Assembly: GCF_001194135.2 (NCBI RefSeq)
Contig: NC_068982.1
Coordinates: forward strand, 108,423,787 to 108,487,786
Length of the DNA stretch: 64,000 nt
Source of the DNA: Octopus bimaculoides
Taxonomy: Eukaryota
Reading direction: 5' to 3'
In this document: piece after piece, positions 1-10,624 of the stretch
Position numbering within the stretch: the stretch's first letter is position 1
Layout of the letters: each line of letters starts with the position of its first letter
Translations under genes and position numbers: made by a program
The notes under the pieces: generated by a model
The model's input: only the letters and a program-made list of their open reading frames with translations
Told to the model about the DNA's origin: nothing
Databases searched by the model: none

Positions 1-26
1 GATTTGTGTCCAAAAACATTTAGCAG
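1..26 (-). CDS. CDK7: CDK7 coding exon 4, partial (LLNVFGHKS...), continues beyond window
   Basis: Polypyrimidine tract and CAG acceptor (AG at 28-27). Translation matches CDK7 LLDAFGHKSN. Confidence 0.85.
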
Positions 27-685
27 CTGGAACAAAAATAAGCAATAAATGATTAAGTTACTGAATTCCTGGTCCATAAACATTAGATTAAGATCAATGC
101 TAGATTAGTAGTTTCATTTGTTTTTTAATTTTAAGATTCGACAATTCCTTAAATATTGCTAATAATGATGAAAAGTAGATGGCCTAGAATCAGGAATGTT
201 ATACCAGGAAAATTTCTTGAATCACAGAGAAATTTTCTTAAAAAGATATCAATTTAAGATCACAATTTGACTACTGATTATTTCAAAATATATAATTCCA
301 GTAAAGTTAACTAATATTTATCACTGCTTTCAACTAAGTTTTTTACATAACAAATTTGCAGAGAATTAAATAGCTATCACCATATTAATTCATGTATAAT
401 ATGCACTCATGTATAAGGTGCACCCTTAATTAATCTCAGAAAAAGGCCTCTAGTATATATATACAAAAAGAAAATTTAAAAGTGACCTTACAACTGGTGC
501 AGTTCATGCACCTGCTGTAAAGTCAACATTGTGAAAATCATAGTCATGACTTTTCATGAAAAAAATGTGTGCCATATATTGAAAAATACAGTAAATAACA
601 TTTAATGAAATATTAAATATAAAACAATTTGAATAGATATGGTTATCTCAGTTTTAAAGAACAAATGATAGACAGTATAACTTAC

Positions 686-787
686 ACCAATAATATTAGG
701 ATGACTGATTTCTTGGAGCAATTTGATTTCTCGTAAAGCAGTCCGATTTATTCCATCAGCTGCTTCAGCTCTGGTGCCAATTTTAAT
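686..787 (-). CDS. CDK7: CDK7 coding exon 3 ([34 protein letters not shown])
   Basis: 102 bp, AG acceptor and GTAAG donor. NRTALRE helix-C signature of CDK7. Confidence 0.96.
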
Positions 788-2016
788 CTAAAAGAGCATG
801 AAAAAAAGAAATTCAGATACAATGATAACAGTCAGTTTAAATAAATATTTTATATAAAAAAAGAAGAGTGGTAACTGGGTGGTTAGTTAAAAGTTGAAAC
901 CCTATTGTTGGTCTTGCATCATAACCCTTAGCATACTGTGTTTCTCTGCCTAGTCAATAATAATGATAGCAGTGTATATACATCTGAAAGTATGGTAGTA
1001 GAAAGTTGACTTCTGAGGAAAGTTAACAGACAATTCTGTTCAACAATCCTATGCAAACAGGGGAACTAGTGACAAATAGTAAGTACTAAGAAAAGATATG
1101 ATGTACATAAGGTAAATTTGAACAGTTTTACGAAATATGTCATGTTTAAAGAAACATTTATTATTTTTATATATAGTATAATAATTATGACAGTCAGAAA
1201 TAATGTAGAACTGTATTAGCACCATGCTTCAAATGTTTTTTTAGAGTTGACTCACTAGGATCAATAAAATAATATCAATATTTGTAGGAAATCAAAACTC
1301 ACCTTCACTCTTTCTTTAAAAAAAAAAAGAAGTGATTGTTGGGTTAATTACTTAAAAATATAGCATGAGCATCATAAATGGATGATATAGAAAGAATACA
1401 TAAAAAAACACACTTTATAATAGCAACTGAAGGACTATAAAGTTCTGCAGACAAAATGTCCAAATCGTGAGTGAATGCTTTGGACGGTTAGACAGATCTG
1501 AGGACTGCATCATGCTCTGATGTCTGCTTTGGGATCTTCCTATGACTGAATACCATTCTTAATGCCAACCACTTTGAAACATGTACTAGATTTCTTTCTT
1601 GTGACACCAGGACTAGTGAGGCAGCCATACAGCTTGCAAGACTAAGATCCCCTTCTAGCTCCAGTAAAGAAGGAAGTGGCTTTATGCTAGAAGACAGGGG
1701 TTAAATTTTGAGAGAAGGTACTCATACAGAATGGATTTCTTGCTGTAAAGGAGCTGCATAGCTACTCACTTTATAGAAGAGAGTGTGGGAGTGAAAGAGG
1801 TGGAGCTGATAAAGATAAGGTGTCACAGTAAACCTCAAGGTATGAGGCAAGTGGAATTTGGAGCAGGAGAACTGGAGGTGTAGATGAATAGAGGTTGCAA
1901 GAGTGTATGGGAAAGTGAAAGATGGTTAGAGATGATGAAAATAAATTTTTTAAATTATAAATTACTATAATAAAAATGTAACATTTATTTTGGAGGCTGT
2001 AAATGAAAAATATTAC

Positions 2017-2076
2017 CTTTTTAACAGCAACAATTCTGTCATCTACAAGGTCTTTGGCTTTGTATACTGTAGCAAA
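2017..2076 (-). CDS. CDK7: CDK7 coding exon 2 (FATVYKAKDLVDDRIVAVKK)
   Basis: 60 bp, phase 0, AG acceptor (2078-2077) and GTAATA donor. Contains the VAVK catalytic lysine motif. Confidence 0.95.
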
Positions 2077-2189
2077 CTGAAATAAAATGTAAGTGAACAA
2101 TTTTGAGGCAGTCTGTGAATGAGTGTAAGCTGATAAGGCATTTTTCATATACTAAACTCATAGGGAAACATAAATATCATATCTCATTT

Positions 2190-2650
2190 CATATCCCCAT
2201 CAACACCATCATTACTTTTACATTCAGATTTCTACGATGTCATGAGTTGGATGGATCTTCTCTAATATAGCATCTGATAATTTGTTGTAATCCTTTATTA
2301 TCTCTTTCATTCAGCTTCTTAAGATCAGCTTTCACTACTTCTTCCCATATTTCCCTAAGTTTTCATCTTCCAATTGGATCACTTGGCATATCTTTCTTTC
2401 AGTTGCTATTCCTCCATATGCATCACAGTCTTCTCTCTTACTTCCTACATCTAATTCCTCTTATACACAGTCTTTTTCTCTCAGCTCATTTGCACACTGT
2501 CATTTATTGAAACTAACATTACACATCACACAGAGTATGCTTGCATCATTTCTTCCCAGCATCACTCATTATCTGCATTCAGTGTCCATGTTTTGTTGCC
2601 ATGCAACATCACACTTCATACAATCTTTCCTTCACTAGGAGAAACTCCTA
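2190..2650 (-). mobile_element. Degenerate RTE-clade LINE 3' fragment in CDK7 intron 1
   Basis: Stop-ridden translation resembles MLHGSETW...RGIRC..QERRLRW of the RTE copies at 52836 and 58975. Confidence 0.6.
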
Positions 2651-3846
2651 GTAATCATATATTAGCTTTCTGAATGTTTTCAGGGAATTAATAATTTCAG
2701 TTTTGTGTCTATATAAGAATTAAATAAAACAAAGTAGGAGTAAGTAGTGGATCTGCTTAAAATGGAGAAAAGTGACATGTAGAGAAGTACCAATCTTAGA
2801 TTTATAATAAATTCAGTTGGATCAGCTACAAGATTTATTAGTAAAACTAGAAAAGAGGAATTTAAATCAAAGCTAGATACAATATTGATCTTCTGATTTC
2901 ATATCATTCTGAAACAACTTTGCTTTTTATTCCTCAGTTTGTGCTAAAATAAGTAATACAACAATCGTAAGAAGTAATAGTTCGTAACAATCATACATAG
3001 AGCATATTAAAAGAAATTAAATAATACTATATGCTGTGGTTTGCAGTCTATTGTCCAAGAACACACACTCGAAGTATTGAAGACCGTATGCACAAAACCA
3101 CTAAATATTGAAAAGAATATACAGCTCATAATAATCAAATATCTGTCACAGCTTGAGCATGATATGTAACAAAGTTTATTTTAATGTTTAGAGGGTGAAA
3201 TATATAACTGATTATATCATCTGGGAGACAAAAAAATGATATAAGTAGAGATCCCATCAATCGATTCAGTCATGTCAAATTGTTTAGTTGTTGGGTGGTT
3301 GTAAGGTAGTTGTATCGTCCATGTTAGTTTCTCTTCAAAATGTTGTACGCACCTGTTCCATACGGAGTTACATTCACGACGGAGTAGTTCTTTTAATTGT
3401 TTCATTTCTTGATTATTAAGTAAGTTCTTCACTTTAGCGAGAGCTTTTTTTTAGAAATGTAGTCTTAAAAGTTAAATGTTAACAAGGGAGATCACCAAGA
3501 AATTACCAACAGCAATTTATCAGCTACAATAGTTATTTAATCCCACATCAAGTCTGTTCTATCGTATCTATAATTTAATCCGCGGCCAGTCCATCTTTTT
3601 CCGATGAGCAGGGAACCCAGGTCACAATATTTAAAGAGTCCTTTTTTTAAAGGGGTAAAGTGTAATTCGAGGGAAATTTGGCAGCTATTTCAAGCAGTCT
3701 AGTATCACGTAGAGGTTGTGGTTATCATCAAATGAGGGGTTTGTTTTAGCCTTAGCTTCGAACCTTAAGATAAAATTTACGTATCAGTGCTTTTACTTGA
3801 ATAGACAAACAATTTTGGCATGTACCATTCATTAAAAACGTTCTAA

Positions 3847-4020
3847 AAGGAGGCGAGCTGGCAGAATCGTTAGGACGTCGGATAAAAATACTTAGCGGCA
3901 TTTTTTCCGGCTCATCCTAATGTAACAGATAAAATAAAAGTACCAGTCAAGTATTAGGGTCAATGTAATCGACTGGTCCCTTCCCATCAAAATTGCTGGC
4001 ATTGTGCCAGAATTTGAAAG
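3847..4020 (+). mobile_element. SINE family B (AAGG.GGCGAGCTGGCAGAATC head)
   Basis: Same repeat recurs at about 7080-7225(-), 17985-18125(-), 28090-28295(-), 37730-37935(+), 40735-40870(-), 48760-48905(-), 51905-52120(-), 52195-52370(+). Confidence 0.75.
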
Positions 4021-4511
4021 AATTAAAAAGGTTCTTAGAAGAATTGGTAGATGTATGAAAAAGGATTTCAGGGGGAAAATTACATGTGCTAAGAACCGGA
4101 TAAATAAAAGTTTACTAATCAAACTAGCTAAAAGTAAAAACTATAAAATATCAAATAAATTATTTAAGAAATAAAGATTAATTTTTGTTTAATGAGATGA
4201 TTCATACATAAGTGAACTCATGGTGATTTTCTTCTAATATGAAAAAAAGTTTCATTACTTAGTATATAAAAATTGTCAGAGAAAGTTAATGATGGTGAGT
4301 ACCACAAATAATTAGAATGAGAATTTTATAATATAGGAAGATAGTGGAACTGTGATGTAAACAGTGATAAATTGAAATAGCACGTTGTTTTATGGCAAAA
4401 ACAGAAATTAGAAGAAAAGGTAAATAATGTATCCCGTTATGAAATGCTTCGTGGGACTTCACTGCAATAAATTAAGACTAGAAAACCCCCAAAAAACAAA
4501 GAATATATTAC

Positions 4512-4565
4512 TTGTCCTTCTCCTAAGAACTCTATTTTTTCATACCGGCGCTGTTTCTCCACCAT
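4512..4565 (-). CDS. CDK7: CDK7 coding exon 1 (MVEKQRRYEKIEFLGEGQ)
   Basis: ATG at 4565-4563, 18 codons ending in the kinase Gly-loop GEGQ, then GTAATA donor. GEGQFA (rather than GEGTYG) is characteristic of CDK7. Confidence 0.93.
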
Positions 4566-4724
4566 CTCGAACTGCCTTACCAATGTCGAGTGCCTCTGAC
4601 TTTCTCTCTCCAGTTCGTAACTTTCTACTTCCGGAAATCATTGTTTATCTCGATTTATTCTCCAACCACTTGAAAATTTTTAATTCTTATTAAGAAATAT
4701 ATTTGTTCTACATGTGGCCCTCAT
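4566..4724. promoter_or_regulatory. Bidirectional promoter/5'UTR region shared by CDK7 and REXO2
   Basis: 159 bp between divergent ATGs. Overlapping opposite-strand ETS cores ACTTCCGGAAAT at 4627-4638. Locally CpG-retaining. Confidence 0.8.
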
Positions 4725-4898
4725 ATGAACGGGTTTCGATGTTTAAGAACAACAATTCCTTTGTTATGGAAATATCAAAGGAATGTGCTTCATTATCCAC
4801 TGCTCAACCAACGCACTCCGTTGTTGATCAATAATAGCGGAATGGCTAGCAGCATGCTGGATGTTGTCAATGAACGAATAGTATGGGTAGATCTTGAG
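4725..4898 (+). CDS. REXO2: Oligoribonuclease (DEDDh) exon 1, with basic/hydroxylated N-terminal extension and ExoI motif WVDLE
   Basis: 174 bp ending GAG|GTATTT. RIVWVDLE matches the Orn/REXO2 motif. Second in-frame Met at 4842. Confidence 0.9.
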
Positions 4899-5113
4899 GT
4901 ATTTATTCTTTCCAAAGATATTTATATATATATATCTCCCGCTTTATATATATTGACCAGATGAAGTTAGCATTCATATATTTGATAGTTATAAAGTTGG
5001 GAGTTCGGTAGGTATAAATGTGACCCTTAAAAGTATTTACTTTGTCAAAAGTTGTTTTACCGGTTAAAATACAAGAGTGTTTTTATGGATTAAAGTGAAG
5101 GTTTTATGAATTT

Positions 5114-5300
5114 TTAAAAATGTAAATGATAAACGAATGTAATATCTTTAAATGGTTGTTCAAACCTATCATTAAGAAAGGCGTAACACCACATAAATTC
5201 ACTGACATAAGTATCTAATTGGGTGCGATGAGTTCGAGTGTCTCGTTTCTTTTCTTTTATTTGCACAATTCCATAACATGTCAACTGACACTCAAATGCT
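5114..5300 (-). mobile_element. Merlin/IS1595-like transposase C-terminal remnant
   Basis: Frameshifted VDMLWNCA.KRK / RTHRTQLDTYVSEFMWCY..NDRFEQ.FKDI resembles the Merlin 'ESLW..AK...GT.R..LDSYL.EFMWR' tail (family resemblance from memory). Confidence 0.55.
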
Positions 5301-5339
5301 TTCATCAAAGTTTTGAAACTAGTCTTCAGTTTGCTGATA

Positions 5340-5930
5340 CGAGACGGTATCAGGTTCCAGTACTAGTTATGTTTAATTTTAAAAAATAACTTATTTACCC
5401 AAGTTTTAACATAATCTCCTCCGAAATAGTCACCCTGCACAGCAACACACCGGTTCCAGCTACTTTTGGAATCCGGCCTGGAAGTCGTTTTCTGTAAGCG
5501 AATCGAGGACCTTCTGCGATTCGCTCTGGATCTCGACAACGGTGTTAAAACAGCGATTTTTGAGCTGCATTCTCATCTCGGAGAAGAAATGGAAGTCCAC
5601 GTGTGCTAAATCTGGCGAATAGGACATGTGCGGAAACGATATCATGTTGTTTTGGGCAAGAAACTCACGAGTGAGGAGAGCTCAGTGAAGAATTCCTTCT
5701 TCGTGCTCCACAGATCCGAATGTCCTCCCTCAAACGTTTCAAAATGTCGCAGTAGAATTCTCGATTGACGATCTGCACTTTGGGGACGAATTCTTGATGC
5801 GCAATACCATATTTCTAGAGGTGACTCTCGGGGCAGATTTTCCAGGGACGGCCTTCCGCTTTTAAAGCGTCCGTGCCTCTCGAAATATTGCATACGACCC
5901 ATTGCCTCATCGCCGTATTCAATGCAGACA
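5340..5930 (-). mobile_element. Truncated mariner (DD34D-type) transposon
   Basis: YSPDLAHVDFHFF...MQLK...GDYF C-terminus. One end begins TA|CGAGAC at 5338-5345. Other TIR not found. Confidence 0.8.
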
Positions 5931-6196
5931 TGTAACTAGCTGACTGTAAAGATACTCAAGAGATTAAATTCATGAATAACTCAGATAGTTATTTATGAGT
6001 AATGGAGACATTTGGTTATCCAACTGACAATTATAGAGGTGTTTGTATTGAAATTGAAATAGCTATAGTTGAAACAAACCACTGTATAAATTTAGAGTTT
6101 TCTCTTTAGAAATAAAGGGTACCTTTCAGTTGTGTTCTACCTTTTAAGTAAGTAGCCATTGCACACAGAAGAAATACAACTCTTTTCTCTCTAGAT

Positions 6197-6346
6197 CAGT
6201 GGTTCCCAACTGTGGTCCACAGACACCTGGTGGTCTGCAAAGGTAATACTGGGGTCTGTGAACTAAGTTCAAAATTTCATGTATATTAAAAGGGGTCTGT
6301 GGGAAAACTCGTTTAAATATAAGGGGTCCTTGGTTGTGAACCACTG
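6197..6346. mobile_element. hAT-Charlie-type MITE
   Basis: TIRs CAGTGGTTC..GAACCACTG and perfect 8-bp TSD CTCTAGAT (6189-6196, 6347-6354). Confidence 0.9.
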
Positions 6347-7501
6347 CTCTAGATACTGCAAACCATCTGTACCAAAGCTTCATTAACATACAGCATCACA
6401 TATACTCCAGAGAAACCCCTTTGTTAACAAACAACTACTACCTGAACTTCTACAAATGTCAAGCTATTGCAACTCTTATTATAATCTATTTAATCTCAAA
6501 TTGAATTGTGTTAAGAGAACTTCCTTAATTATACAGACTGTATAACTAATTCATTAACAGTTAATCTTCATTGAGTATACTGTTAATTATAGAATTCTGA
6601 AACATGTCAACTCGTTCAAACTTTGGGTCTCCTACTTTATCTTGTATAATGAATGGAAGAAAATAAATAACTATTCAGCTTTGTTTAGCAGTTTTGATAA
6701 TGATATGAAAACTTTTTTTGAACTGTTTACTCGCTTAATCATATTCTGAAAATAGACAATTTCAAAATTCTGTTGGCATCTGCTAACCAGTCATTGTTCA
6801 TCACTGTATATGATATTTGCAATTGGCTACAAAAGGTCAATCCTCATCGGATCATCCTCATAGTTATTTATTGAGTATTCTGTGGTCTCAGATTGCCTTT
6901 ATTCAATTAAGGATGTCAACTCTTTTGAGTTTCTTGCTTTTCTGAGTTTTTTGGTCTTCCTGAAAGAGGCTAAAATGCTTATCTAAATACATTTTGAGCT
7001 CAGAACATATGGAGCTAGATTAGATACCAAAAGTAATCCTGATAGATATTTCAACAGTTCCAGCAATCCACAGCCCTACAACAGTACTTTATTTCTCAAC
7101 CTGAAAATATGAAAGGCAAAGTTGACTTTGGCAAGATTTGAAATCAGGGTGCATAGAGCCAGAACAAATACCCACAAAAGCATTTAATCTGATGCTCTTA
7201 ACAACTCTGCCAGTTCATTGTCTTAAAATGGTACAAAAATAAAATATGGATGATATTTCAACTCTTGGAAGACTTTCTTCAAAGGTCATTAAAAAAGGAA
7301 CATAAAAAAATTGTTTCTCCTTCATTTGCTAGTGTAGCTTTGAAGTTGTTACCAGTCTCAAAAATATCAGACACTTTCCTTTTATATAAGTACAGTATAA
7401 TAGTTGATTTAAAGATCAAAGAAGCAAAGAACTTTCCATAAATAATTAATGTTGTACTTGTTCTCCTTTATTAAATTATTACATTCTTTCTTCATTGGCA
7501 G

Positions 7502-7585
7502 ATGACTGGGCTTGATATAGAGACAGATAAGATTATTGAGATAGCTTGTGTTATCACTGATAGTCAACTGAACATAATAGCTGAG
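7502..7585 (+). CDS. REXO2: REXO2 exon 2 ([28 protein letters not shown])
   Basis: 84 bp, CAG acceptor and GTAAG donor. Continues DLE|MTGLD. Confidence 0.96.
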
Positions 7586-8957
7586 GTAAGAAGACTATTC
7601 AATATATATATATATATATATATACATACACATATATATATACATACATACACATATTTACTACATGTTTCTAAATAAAATGTCTTGAACCCAAATATTT
7701 TTAATATGTATGCTTATAATCAAAAATTTTATCTCTATATTAACCATAATATCAATTAAATCATTATATCAATTAAAGATTTTTTGAATGAAACTTGCAT
7801 GCATATATATATATTTCTTTGACAATATAAAAATAGATAATAAACATGATACAAAACAATAAAAAAATTTTATTTGAGAAGATTTATAAAAATCCAAGTA
7901 AAGTTTTTTTAAAGAAGAGNNNNNNNNNNNNNNNNNNNNNNNNNNNNNNNNNNNNNNNNNNNNNNNNNNNNNNNNNNNNNNNNNNNNNNNNNNNNNNNNN
8001 NNNNNNNNNNNNNNNNNNNATATATATATATCATTGTTGTTATCATCATCATAATTTAACGTCTGTTGTCCATGCTGGCATGGGTTGGATGGTTTGACCA
8101 GGGCTGGTAAGCTGGAAGGCTGCACCAGACTCCAGTCTGATTTGGCATGGTTTTCTACAGTCAGATGCCCTTCTTAGTGCCAACCACTCTGAGAGTGTAA
8201 TGGGTGGTTTTACGTGCCACTTGCATGATACCAGTATCTGCCATAACTGTGATTTTGCTCAGCTTGATGGGTCTTCTTCTCAAACACGACATAATGCCAA
8301 TGGTCATTGCTTCTTTAAAGCCTAACACTCTAAAGGAACTCAGCCACTTTGCTAACTGTAGCAGTTACATATTGGTCACTACTGTGAGAAACCGCAGCAT
8401 CTCTTTTGTAGGGGCTATCAACAAGTACAGTATAATATACCATAAAATTCACAACTGTATAGTTAAGGGAGAGAACTTCAAAGAATGTTTAATTGAGTCG
8501 AAAAGATCTTTTGATCACAAAGGAATTCTGACACCTGTATTTATTCTAGACAATGCAAAAATTCATCACTATGATGGATTAAGTTCAGCAATAAATGAGC
8601 TAAATCCAAATTTAATATACCTACCTCCTTATTCGCCTTTCTGAAATCTGATTGAAAATATTTTCTCTGTTAGGAAAAGTTTGTTCTTGCTTTCTAATAC
8701 ATCAAATGAAAATGAACTAAAGGCTTTAATATCAAACAAAATCAGCAGAGAACACTGCAATTCTTTCTATAGAAAAATGTTAGGCTATATTTGTTCTTCA
8801 GAGAAGAAAAAGATCATTAATGAATCAAGTTTATATATATCTCTTCTTCAAAACAGAATTTACTTGGATTTTATAAACTATCTGAAATAGAAAAATTTAT
8901 TGTTTTCTATCATTGTTTATTATCTATTTTTATATTGTCGATAAAATATATATATAT

Positions 8958-9660
8958 ATATTTATATAAAGGGCATTATTACAGAAAAATAACAACACCA
9001 CACAGTGGACTTCTCAAAATAACCACATTTAGTACCTAATGCGAGGAAAAACAACCAACAGAAGCCTACCTACTTTCTTTTAAACTTAACTGTGTATCGA
9101 CCGATTTCGCGATTACTAGAATGAATCTAGATTTCGTTCATCAGCACAGTATTGTACCAAAAATATATATAAATAAACAGAATTCTCACCTCACCAAAAA
9201 CGAACACCCTACGTATCCGACAGAGTAAAGGGAATGAAGTTTATCTGTATATATCTTCATCAAAGAAGCGGGAATACTTCCNNNNNNNNNNNNNNNNNNN
9301 NNNNNNNNNNNNNNNNNNNNNNNNNNNNNNNNNNNNNNNNNNNNNNNNNNNNNNNNNNNNNNNNNNNNNNNNNNNNNNNNNNNNNNNNNNNNNNNNNNNN
9401 NNNNNNNNNNNNNNNNNNNNNNNNNNNNNNNNNNNNNNNNNNNNNNNNNNNNNNNNNNNNNNNNNNNNNNNNNNNNNNNNNNNNNNNNNNNNNNNNNNNN
9501 NNNNNNNNNNNNNNNNNNNNNNACACAGTTAAGTTTAAAAGAAAGTAGGTAGGCTTCTGTTGGTTGTTTTTCCTCGCATTAGGTACTAAATGTGGTTATT
9601 TTGAGAAGTCCACTGTGTGGCGTTGTTATTTTTCTGTAATAATGCCCTTTATATAAATAT
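8958..9660. mobile_element. Inverted pair of Penelope-like termini (pLTRs) flanking a gap
   Basis: 8958-9095 and 9523-9660 are reverse complements with one mismatch in 138 bp. The left arm carries a hammerhead motif. Inserted at an (AT)n tract. Confidence 0.7.
9089..9150 (-). ncRNA. Type I hammerhead ribozyme motif, core intact
   Basis: ACTGTG-CTGATGA-[ACGA..CTAGA/TCTAG..TCGC]-GAAA-TCGGTCGA-TA-CACAGT. Helix I 6 bp perfect, AUA cleavage triplet, A.C at 10.1-11.1. Confidence 0.85.
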
Positions 9661-9938
9661 AAACAAATAATTATATTCTTGGGAATAGAAATTTTTTTAC
9701 ACACTGGCTTCTTGATAAAATTCCTGTAAAAGAGTTTTATCCCTTTTTGAATTTATATATATATATATATATATATGCAAGTTTTGTTCAAAAAATCTTT
9801 AAATGATATAATGGTAATATAGTGGTAAAATTCCTGATTATAAGCATACATATTAAAAATATTTGGGTTCAAGATATTTTATTTAGAAATATGTATCAAA
9901 AAAATAATTCTGAAGTTGATTGGTAAATTTTCTAAAAC

Positions 9939-10027
9939 TGATGAGTACAAATCTAAAATTGGTCAGTATAAATCTAATATTGATCAGTACAAATCTAATA
10001 TTGGTCAGTACAAATCTAAAGTTGATC
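9939..10027. repeat. 21-bp minisatellite, about 4.2 copies (TGRTCAGTACAAATCTAAWAT)
   Basis: Units start at 9939, 9960, 9981, 10002 and 10023. Confidence 0.9.
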
Positions 10028-10131
10028 GGGAAACCCTCCAATAGTGAGATTATTTTAATTTTATCTAATTGTGCTCAATATTTTTGAGAAATAATTGAGC
10101 TAAATTATTTAACTGAATTTTCTATTCGCAG

Positions 10132-10209
10132 ATACCCCCATTTGTTATTCACCAGCCAGATAATGTGCTTGATAGTATGAATGAATGGTGTCGAGTGCAC
10201 CATGGGATG
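10132..10209 (+). CDS. REXO2: REXO2 exon 3 (IPPFVIHQPDNVLDSMNEWCRVHHGM)
   Basis: 78 bp, CAG acceptor and GTAAG donor. Orn M.EWC..HHG motif. Confidence 0.95.
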
Positions 10210-10624
10210 GTAAGTTACAACATGTTCAGCAGACAAAACATTATTTAACTCAGCCAATTAAAATGAATAAGCAATCCAACATAACATCACAAGCTATAAA
10301 ATATATTTCCCTCAATAACTATGTGAATGTGAAAATTTTCAAAAATATCCTTTATTTATCATTTAAAGACAAATATTGGGTCAATCCATAAATAATGCGT
10401 TTTTTTCAATTGCATGAACTAAAAATTGGAGGAGAACAGGATAAACTACCTGCTTCAACTTGCTATAAAAGCAGGTAGTAATTTTACCTTGTCCTTATTA
10501 GTGCAAGTTTTGAAGAGTGTAGTTTGATTTTAGCAGTTATTTTTCAAAGCTATAATGAGAGGGACAAAGGAGCATATTTGCTATATTTTGCTTTAAGAGT
10601 TCAATAAAAGCAACAATGCAACAG

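Larger units (their letters stand above)
7664..9893 (+). mobile_element. IS630/Tc1-like DNA transposon with long TIRs, decayed DD34E transposase and nested insertions
   Basis: TA TSD at 7662-7663 and 9894-9895. Left TIR about 7664-7870; right TIR split into about 8890-8957 and 9750-9893. Transposase ILDNAKIHH...LPPYSPF*NLIE at about 8370-8830, with 34 residues between D and E. Confidence 0.85.

Noticed and set aside
1771-2148. 125-aa ORF as a standalone gene
   Set aside because: Only 2017-2076 is a CDK7 exon; the remainder is intron read-through.
2881-2943. Minus-strand CTGAGGA...GAAA-TC-AGAA-GA-TC hammerhead-like core
   Set aside because: Helix I strands (CACAAA / AATATT) do not pair; probably chance.
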